A stretch of 64,000 nucleotides of DNA, taken from NCBI GenBank assembly GCA_028286725.1, contig JAQBQZ010000007.1, positions 7,262 to 71,261 of the forward strand, read 5' to 3'. Source of the DNA: Candidatus Tayloriibacteriota bacterium (GTDB lineage: Bacteria; Patescibacteriota; Minisyncoccia; Phycocordibacterales; CAIRYW01). Positions 48,414-54,984 of the stretch are shown piece by piece. How positions within the stretch are numbered: the stretch's first letter is position 1; every line of letters begins with the position of its first letter. Made by a program: the position numbers and the translations under genes. Under the pieces are notes generated by a model. The model saw only the letters and a program-made list of their open reading frames with translations. It was not told the DNA's origin and made no database searches.

Positions 48414-49466
48414 TTATTGTGTTTTAACTTTAAGTTCTTGTTCTGCGAGCTTCATATCAGAATCGATCATTATTTTGACCAAGTCTTCGAATTTTGTCTT
48501 TGGTTCCCATCCAAGCTTTTCTTTAGCTTTTGCCGGATCACCAATAAGGAGATCAACTTCTGCTGGTCTAAAATATGCAGGATCAATCTCGAGGATTGTT
48601 TTTTGTGTTTTTGTATCAATTGCTTTTTCTTCAACACCCTGACCTTGCCATTCGATATTCATATCAAGATGCTTCGCAGCAATATTTACGAACTCTCGGA
48701 CTGAATGAGTTTCGTTTGTTGCAAGAAGGAAGTCATCGGGCATTTCTGCTTGAAGCATAAGCCACGCGCCTTCCATGTAATCTTTTGCAAATCCCCAGTC
48801 TCTTTTTGAATCAATATTTCCAAGGAAAAGCGTTTCTTGAAGTCCTAGCTTGATTCTCGTCAGTGCTCGCGTAATCTTTCGTGTTACGAAAGTCTCGCCT
48901 CGCCGAGGAGATTCGTGGTTGAATAGAATTCCGTTAACAGCAAACATGTTATAGCTCTCACGATAGTTTTTTGTGATCCAGTACGCGTAGACCTTTGCGC
49001 ATCCATAGGGAGATCGCGGGTAAAACGGAGTAGTTTCCTTTTGAGGAATCTCTTGGACAAGTCCAAACATTTCTGATGATGATGCTTGATAGAACTTGAT
49101 CTTTTTTTTACTTTCTCTAATCGCATCAAGAATACGGAGCGTACCCAAGCCGTCAATATCAGACGTGTATTCTGGCATATCAAAACTTACCTTTACGTGG
49201 CTTTGAGCGCCTAGATTGTAGACTTCGTCAGGCTGGATCTTCTCGATAAGACGAGAAATGTTGCTAGAGTCGGAGAGGTCGCCATAATGCAAGAAAAATT
49301 TCACATCTTTGCTGTGTCTGTCTTGATAAATATGATTGATACGCTCAGTATTGAATGATGACGATCTGCGAACAATGCCATGTACCTCATATCCCTTTTC
49401 AAGTAATATATCCGCAAGATATGACCCGTCTTGGCCGGTAATTCCTGTTATCAAAGCTTTTTTCAT
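48414..49466 (-). CDS. gmd: GDP-mannose 4,6-dehydratase
   Basis: [42 protein letters not shown]. Confidence 0.97.
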   Translation of the reverse strand: MKKALITGITGQDGSYLADILLEKGYEVHGIVRRSSSFNTERINHIYQDRHSKDVKFFLHYGDLSDSSNISRLIEKIQPDEVYNLGAQSHVKVSFDMPEYTSDIDGLGTLRILDAIRESKKKIKFYQASSSEMFGLVQEIPQKETTPFYPRSPYGCAKVYAYWITKNYRESYNMFAVNGILFNHESPRRGETFVTRKITRALTRIKLGLQETLFLGNIDSKRDWGFAKDYMEGAWLMLQAEMPDDFLLATNETHSVREFVNIAAKHLDMNIEWQGQGVEEKAIDTKTQKTILEIDPAYFRPAEVDLLIGDPAKAKEKLGWEPKTKFEDLVKIMIDSDMKLAEQELKVKTQ

Positions 49467-49543
49467 AAGCCAAAGTCTAGCATCCTTTTGTTAAATTATC
49501 TAGAAGATTTTGAGATAAGTTAAGGCTTATATATAATAGATAA

Positions 49544-49996
49544 ATGAAAAAAAAAGGAGTTGAAAAAGTGGTGGCGGTAAGCGGGGGATTTGATCCGATC
49601 CATATTGGGCATATTCGAATGTTCGAAGAGGCGAGAAGACTTGGAGATAAGCTTGTAGTGATCTTGAACAATGATAACTGGCTCCAGAAGAAGAAAGGAT
49701 ATGTCTTTATGGATGAAAAAGAGAGAAAAGAGATATTGTTGTCGCTTCGATCGGTTGATGAGGTGGTTATTACGAAACATAAAAAAAATACAACCGACAT
49801 GAGTGTTTGTGATGCATTAAGAGCAGTAAAGCCTGATATTTTTGCAAACGGAGGTGATAGGACAAAGAAAAATATTCCAGAGATACCGGTCTGTAAAGAG
49901 ATTGGCTCTAAAATGGTCTTTTCTGTTGGAAAAGGTGGAAAAGTGCAGTCGAGCTCCTGGCTCGTCAACAAAAGTGTGAACCTAAGACAAAAATAA
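49544..49996 (+). CDS. Cytidylyltransferase family protein (TagD/RfaE-like)
   Basis: SGGFDPIHIGH, FANGGDR, SSSW; last codons and stop lie inside repeat copy 3. Confidence 0.88.
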   Translation: MKKKGVEKVVAVSGGFDPIHIGHIRMFEEARRLGDKLVVILNNDNWLQKKKGYVFMDEKERKEILLSLRSVDEVVITKHKKNTTDMSVCDALRAVKPDIFANGGDRTKKNIPEIPVCKEIGSKMVFSVGKGGKVQSSSWLVNKSVNLRQK

Positions 49997-50163
49997 TCGC
50001 TAAATAAATACCTAAAATAGCTTGAACCCTCATAATCCAAAATTTTGGTAAAAAACCAAGTTTCGTCGGTCGCCATACCACAGGTATGCCTCCCTCCTCA
50101 TCCTTTGTTTTTTCCTTCATAATTTTGAATTATGAGGTGTCCATTATTTTTGACTTAGGTTCA
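49977..50163 (-). mobile_element. ~190-bp structured fold-back repeat, copy 3 (diverged)
   Basis: Terminal IR tgaacctaagacaaaaataat/attatttttgacttaggttca; core gtttcgtcggtcgccataccacaggtatgcctccctcctcatcctt. Confidence 0.8.
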
Positions 50164-50225
50164 AAAAGTAGTAGTATTTAGACCTACATTAATTATTAAT
50201 TTACTAGCTGTTTATATATTAAAGA

Positions 50226-52586
50226 ATGAATAATTTTATTTTAAAAACGATCAAGATCCTGCTTTGCGCGCTACCTCTCGTTTCGATTGTGGTAGCTGAT
50301 TCGATGTTCTTTCCATTTATTACTGGCAAGGCATTTTTGTTCCGTGTTGCTATTGAGCTCATTACTTGTCTTTATATTGCTCTTGCATTTGCCGATCCTC
50401 GCTTTCGACCAAAGAACAACAAGCTTCTTGTGGCTTTTGGGACTTTTGTAGGAATCATTTTTGTTGCTGATATTTTTGCTGTGGATGCCTCAAAAGCCTT
50501 CTTTAGTAATTTTGAAAGAATGGAAGGGTTCGTACTCTTGGCGCACCTTTTTGCATATTTTCTGGTTCTCATAAATGTCTTCAAAGAAAAGAAAGATTGG
50601 ATAATGATGATTGGATCAAATGTTGCCGTTTCTGTATTTATGACATTCTTTGCATACTTGCAGTTCTTTGGCGGAGCTGTCATCAACCAAGGAGGTGTGC
50701 GACTTGATGGAACACTCGGCAACTCTGCATATATGGCGACATATATGCTCTTCAATATTTTCTTCTTGATCTACCTATGGTTCTCAAATGGCAACAAAGT
50801 TAAAGGGATTAGCGATATTATTATCGGAGGTTCATCACTATATATAGTCTATTATCTCTATGAACTTTCTAAAAAAGGTCTTGATTATAGCCTTGCTGGA
50901 GGAGTTATATTGGCAATTGTGCTCCTTGCGCTGCTTAAAGCGTGCTGGTTTAGGTTTGGAGATACATTCAAAAAATTTGATCACCTTTATGCACTATCGG
51001 TCTATAGTATTTTGATCATTGCTCAAATAATCATTCTTTATTACACGGCAACTCGTGGAGCAATATTGGGACTCATCGGAGGACTTTTGCTCACTGCAAT
51101 AATAATCGCAATCACCGAAAAAGAGCATAGGCATATAAAAAATGTATCAATCGCTGTTATTGCGATTCTCTTTGTTGTTGTTTTTGGATTTATACTTATT
51201 AAAAACACTTCGTTTGTAAAGAACAGTCCGGTACTTACTCGGTTTGCTTCTATCTCTATTGATGACACAAAGACTCAGGCTCGATCAATCATCTGGCCTA
51301 TGGCTATTGATGCATTCAAAGAAAAGCCGGTGCTAGGATGGGGACAAGATAACTTTATAATTGCATTTGCAGAGTACTATAGACCAGAAATGATTCGTCA
51401 CGAGCCGTGGTTTGACCGAACACATAATGCATTCCTTGATTGGCTGATAGCTGGGGGAATATTAGGATATATTGGATACCTATCGCTGTATGTTTTTGCA
51501 CTTCGAGGACTTTGGAAAAGTGCAATGTTTACGAAAAGAGAGAAAGCTGTTTTGATCGGTTTGTTTTCTGCATATGCATTCCAAAATCTTTTCATCTTCG
51601 ACAACCTCATAAGCTATATGTTGTTTATTCTTCTTCTTGGACTCTCAAATCTTGATGTTAGTACAGAGGAGAGCAAGAAAAATGTTTCTGAAGAGATTGG
51701 TGCGCCGCTACTTGCATCTGTTGTTGTGATATTCGTGATCATTCTTTTGCTTGTAAATTATCGACCATATGAGCAGAATATTACCCTCTCTCAAGGCATC
51801 GGCCAGCAACAAGAAGGTGTAACAAAAAATCTTTCTCTATTAAAACAAGCGCTCTCATATGGTCCAACGGGAGAATTCGAGACAACAGAGCAAATGGATC
51901 GAATTGCTATGGATGTACTCGGCTCAGCTCAAGTAGCAGATCAAGACAAAAATGATTTTGGTCTCGCAACACTCGATGCTCTTAAGGCAGAAGTTGCGAA
52001 GCATCCTAAAGATGTAAGAACTTATATCAATCTTGGTTCATTTGAAGCGGATGTTGGAATGTCTGATGATGCAATTCCTGTTCTTGAACAGGCGAAAGTG
52101 CTTTCTCCAAAAAAGCAGCAAATCTATTTTTCTTTGGCTAAAGCGTATTTCTTGAAGGGGGACAAAGAAAAGGATCAATCATATACAGACAAGGCTCTGG
52201 AAACTCTTAAGTATGCATATGATCTTGCTCCAGGATTCGATGCGCCAAAATTGATCTATGCGCAGTCTCTTGCTGTCACAGGACACATTGCAGAGGGTGT
52301 TGCAATTGCAAAGACAATGGATAATCCAGGGGACTTTACTACTCCCGCAGTCGTGAAGATAATGGTAGAAAACGGACATGCAGACGATGCTGTCTCGGTG
52401 CTTGAAATTGCTATAAAAGCCGATCCTACAAACAAGTCCCTTTATACACTTGTTTCAGATATTTATACATTTAAGAAGGATAAGGCAAAGGCGATTGAGT
52501 GGCTCAAGGCTCTTGAGGTGGCTTTACCGAGCGCAACTGATGAAGCTGAGCAGGATATCGTAAAAGTGAACGCAGCCTTGAAGTAA
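50226..52586 (+). CDS. O-antigen ligase (Wzy_C) family membrane protein with C-terminal TPRs
   Basis: GTLGN, TATRGA, PVLGWG..NF, DRTHN..LD; TPR-like helical tail. Confidence 0.85.
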   Translation: MNNFILKTIKILLCALPLVSIVVADSMFFPFITGKAFLFRVAIELITCLYIALAFADPRFRPKNNKLLVAFGTFVGIIFVADIFAVDASKAFFSNFERMEGFVLLAHLFAYFLVLINVFKEKKDWIMMIGSNVAVSVFMTFFAYLQFFGGAVINQGGVRLDGTLGNSAYMATYMLFNIFFLIYLWFSNGNKVKGISDIIIGGSSLYIVYYLYELSKKGLDYSLAGGVILAIVLLALLKACWFRFGDTFKKFDHLYALSVYSILIIAQIIILYYTATRGAILGLIGGLLLTAIIIAITEKEHRHIKNVSIAVIAILFVVVFGFILIKNTSFVKNSPVLTRFASISIDDTKTQARSIIWPMAIDAFKEKPVLGWGQDNFIIAFAEYYRPEMIRHEPWFDRTHNAFLDWLIAGGILGYIGYLSLYVFALRGLWKSAMFTKREKAVLIGLFSAYAFQNLFIFDNLISYMLFILLLGLSNLDVSTEESKKNVSEEIGAPLLASVVVIFVIILLLVNYRPYEQNITLSQGIGQQQEGVTKNLSLLKQALSYGPTGEFETTEQMDRIAMDVLGSAQVADQDKNDFGLATLDALKAEVAKHPKDVRTYINLGSFEADVGMSDDAIPVLEQAKVLSPKKQQIYFSLAKAYFLKGDKEKDQSYTDKALETLKYAYDLAPGFDAPKLIYAQSLAVTGHIAEGVAIAKTMDNPGDFTTPAVVKIMVENGHADDAVSVLEIAIKADPTNKSLYTLVSDIYTFKKDKAKAIEWLKALEVALPSATDEAEQDIVKVNAALK

Positions 52587-52629
52587 CTTAAAACTTGCTT
52601 TTTTTCTCGAGGTATGGTACTATATATCT

Positions 52630-52700
52630 TGTGAGTCGCGGATATATATTCGAGCTCCAAATAAGCAAACATCGACGAAACCACCTGAAAGGGTGGTTTT
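52630..52700 (+). ncRNA. Candidate ~70-nt small RNA ('RNA A')
   Basis: Promoter TTGCTT-N17-(TGn)TACTAT at 52595-52623; terminator aaaccacct-gaaa-gggtggtttt; no ORF. Confidence 0.6.
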
Positions 52701-52735
52701 GTTTTGTCTTAATTTTTTTGTGATATACTACTATT

Positions 52736-52820
52736 AATTGTTTCAGGTGATGGCCGATGACTGCACTCACAAAGATGTTTGCTTTTGGAGCCCGCATTCA
52801 TCGGCCATCTCCCGGCGCAA
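52736..52820 (+). ncRNA. Candidate structured RNA / leader hairpin ('RNA B')
   Basis: Extended -10 TGATATACT at 52721-52729; perfect 12-bp stem gatggccgatga/tcatcggccatc with an imperfect apical hairpin. Confidence 0.55.
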
Positions 52821-52829
52821 TTAAAAAAT

Positions 52830-52935
52830 ACTCCGCAAAACATTCTCTCCGAAGCGCGCATAAAATTCTACTGAATTTTTGCTCAGTCTCGGCTACCCGC
52901 CTGCGAAGTCTTCGGATCAAATATTTTGCTCCGCT
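52830..52935 (-). repeat. Branched GC-rich fold-back (REP/MITE-like)
   Basis: Stems gcaaaacatt/aatattttgc, tccgaag/cttcgga, aaaattc/gaatttt; flanking GCGGAG motifs on the minus strand. Confidence 0.5.
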
Positions 52936-52949
52936 CAAATGTTAAATTC

Positions 52950-53981
52950 ATGATGCAAGAATCAAAAATAAAAGTACAGACCAAAGTCCCTCTCAGGGGA
53001 CTTTCGACGTTTAAGATTGGGGGCGATGCATCCCACCTTTTTATGCTTGAGAATAAAAAGGATCTCAAAGATGCAGTGGCTTATGCAAAAGAGAACGATC
53101 TCCCAATCTTTGTATTGGGAGGCGGATCAAATATTCTTTTTGCTGACAGTGGTATAAGTGCGTTTGTGATCCAGGTTTTAAATAAAGGAAAGGAATATAA
53201 AAAAATAGATGACCTGCATGTATTAGTGACTGCAGAAGCGGGAGAGACTTGGGATGATTTTGTGAAATGGACAATAGAGAATCATTTTTTTGGACTTGAG
53301 AATCTCTCGTCTATTCCTGGGACTGTTGGTGCATCGCCTGTACAAAATATTGGCGCATATGGAGTAGAAGTAAAAGATCTTATAGAAAGTGTTGAAGTGT
53401 TTAATATTCAAACTTCAGAATATAAGACTCTTACAAATACAGAATGCGCATTTGGATATCGAAATAGTTTTTTCAAGACCGAAGAAGGCAAGAATTTAAT
53501 TGTAGTATCGGTGACATTTACACTTTCTCTCGTACCGAACATAAATATTTCATACAAGGATCTTTCGAATCATTTTAAAGATATAGTACCTACACCATTT
53601 GAGGTTCGTGATGCTGTGATCGAGATTCGAAAGGGGAAATTCCCAGATCTAAATATACACGGCACTGCAGGATCATTCTTTAAGAATATTATTTGTAATG
53701 AATCAGATATTGCAAAACTAAAAGCGGATTATCCTCTAATGCCCGTATATAAAGCAGGTAGCGGGTTTGTGAAAATCTCTACTGCATTCGTGCTTGATAA
53801 GGTCTGCGGGCTTAAAGGATTTCGAATTGGTAATGTGGGATTATATGAGAATCAGTCTCTCGTTGTGGTGAATTATGCTGATGCAACCTCTACAGATGTA
53901 AGAGAATTCATTTCAAAGATAAAATCTATTGTAGAACAAAAAACAGGAATCAGGATTGAAGAAGAAGTAATACTTGCATAA
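52950..53981 (+). CDS. murB: UDP-N-acetylenolpyruvoylglucosamine reductase
   Basis: TFKIGG.A, LGGGSN, IPGTVGASPVQNIGAYG, FGYR.S, AGSFFKN. Confidence 0.95.
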   Translation: MMQESKIKVQTKVPLRGLSTFKIGGDASHLFMLENKKDLKDAVAYAKENDLPIFVLGGGSNILFADSGISAFVIQVLNKGKEYKKIDDLHVLVTAEAGETWDDFVKWTIENHFFGLENLSSIPGTVGASPVQNIGAYGVEVKDLIESVEVFNIQTSEYKTLTNTECAFGYRNSFFKTEEGKNLIVVSVTFTLSLVPNINISYKDLSNHFKDIVPTPFEVRDAVIEIRKGKFPDLNIHGTAGSFFKNIICNESDIAKLKADYPLMPVYKAGSGFVKISTAFVLDKVCGLKGFRIGNVGLYENQSLVVVNYADATSTDVREFISKIKSIVEQKTGIRIEEEVILA

Positions 53982-53990
53982 ATATAAAAT

Positions 53991-54031
53991 AAATAAAAAA
54001 CTCCAGATATAACATCTGGAGTTTTTTATTT
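53991..54031 (+). terminator. Intrinsic terminator after murB
   Basis: aaataaaaaactccagat-ataac-atctggagttttttattt. Confidence 0.75.
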
Positions 54032-54129
54032 TAATAATTCGTGTTTTAAATTAATTAAAAAAGTATTTTATAAATAAATTTATTATTTTATTTATAAAAA
54101 TATTTTTTGAAAAAATAAAAATAAAAAAG

Positions 54130-54138
54130 TTATCCACA
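54130..54138 (+). promoter_or_regulatory. Consensus DnaA box in an extremely AT-rich intergenic region
   Basis: TTATCCACA; only one perfect box seen. Confidence 0.45.
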
Positions 54139-54322
54139 ACATTTTGAAAAAAAATATTGTGTTAATAAAAAATAAGTTAGATAATTATCTCATCGCTCGA
54201 GAAATAGTTTATGGTCGTAAATTTTTTTTCGAGATTAAAGCTTTAAAAAATAATTTTTTCACTTCGTTCTTTCTCAAATTTAAATAATATTTTTTTTAAG
54301 ATGGTGCGGGGTAACAAATAAC

Positions 54323-54412
54323 ATGGCAGCAAAAAAAGTAGCAAAGAAAGGAAAGGCAAAGAAGGCAGCTCCTAAGAAAAAGGCAGCTCCAAAGAAGAAG
54401 GCTAGAATCTAG
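54323..54412 (+). CDS. 29-aa Lys/Ala/Pro-rich histone-H1-like peptide
   Basis: MAAKKVAKKGKAKKAAPKKKAAPKKKARI; followed directly by a terminator. Confidence 0.75.
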   Translation: MAAKKVAKKGKAKKAAPKKKAAPKKKARI

Positions 54413-54420
54413 TCTCTCGC

Positions 54421-54444
54421 AAAACCGTCCGAAAGGGCGGTTTT
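54421..54444 (+). terminator. Intrinsic terminator
   Basis: aaaaccgtcc-gaaa-gggcggtttt. Confidence 0.8.
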
Positions 54445-54450
54445 GTTTTT

Positions 54451-54588
54451 ATCCGCACACTAACTCTGTCATTATTGCACTGTGTTTTTGAGGTTATTTG
54501 TATCTTTTTAAAAAGGTGTGTATTTCCATAAACCAATACTATATTTAAATAAGCAATAAAAACACGATGACAGAGTTAGTGTGCGGAT
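54451..54588. mobile_element. 138-bp MITE-like element with perfect 22-bp terminal IR
   Basis: atccgcacactaactctgtcat ... atgacagagttagtgtgcggat; further internal pairing gtgttttt/aaaaacac. Confidence 0.6.
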
Positions 54589-54686
54589 GAATTTTAATTA
54601 GTAGACAAAGTAATAATATGTGTTAATATACTGGCTGGCCTGCACTTTCAATCAAACATTCAATCCATAAGGCCTTACTTAAACCT

Positions 54687-54866
54687 ATGTTGTCTCATCA
54701 CTCCTCATCTCAAGAAAATCAAAATCACTCATCAGATCAAGAAGACTCGGGGCACTCACCTCATGAAGATTCGGTGACAGCAACTAGTTGGGTGTCTGCT
54801 CCTGCTACGGGAGAAGGCATAACTATTTGGCCAAGCACGTTCGAATGGACGCCTTCTGCGGGTTGA
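54687..54866 (+). CDS. 59-aa small protein, His/Ser/acidic N-half and Trp-containing C-half
   Basis: MLSHHSSSQENQNHSSDQEDSGHSPHEDSVTATSWVSAPATGEGITIWPSTFEWTPSAG; hairpin at 54882-54911 downstream. Confidence 0.45.
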   Translation: MLSHHSSSQENQNHSSDQEDSGHSPHEDSVTATSWVSAPATGEGITIWPSTFEWTPSAG

Positions 54867-54984
54867 TGCTTTCATTTCCTCGACTCCCTGAACTGTAATG
54901 GTTCGGGGGTCTTGTGTTATATATTGTCTTCTTAATTTTTAAAATTCTAGTTTCAGTCTCCTTTTTGTGTTAAAATACACCTCT

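Noticed and set aside
49477-50076. 199-aa minus-strand ORF and other antisense/overlapping ORFs (e.g. 4534-5478)
   Set aside because: Shadow frames of well-supported genes with no recognisable motifs.
52660-52800. tmRNA-like tag frames (GCA AAC ATC GAC GAA; ACT GCA CTC...TTT GCT TTT GGA GCC)
   Set aside because: No tRNA-like acceptor or T arm, no CCA end and no stop after an Ala-rich tag.
52757-52945. 62-aa ORF as a confident CDS or type I toxin
   Set aside because: It runs through two structured elements and is not hydrophobic like type I toxins; kept only as a possibility within the RNA-pair finding.
53990-54320. oriC
   Set aside because: Only one perfect DnaA box, no dnaA/dnaN nearby and no switch in gene orientation across the region.
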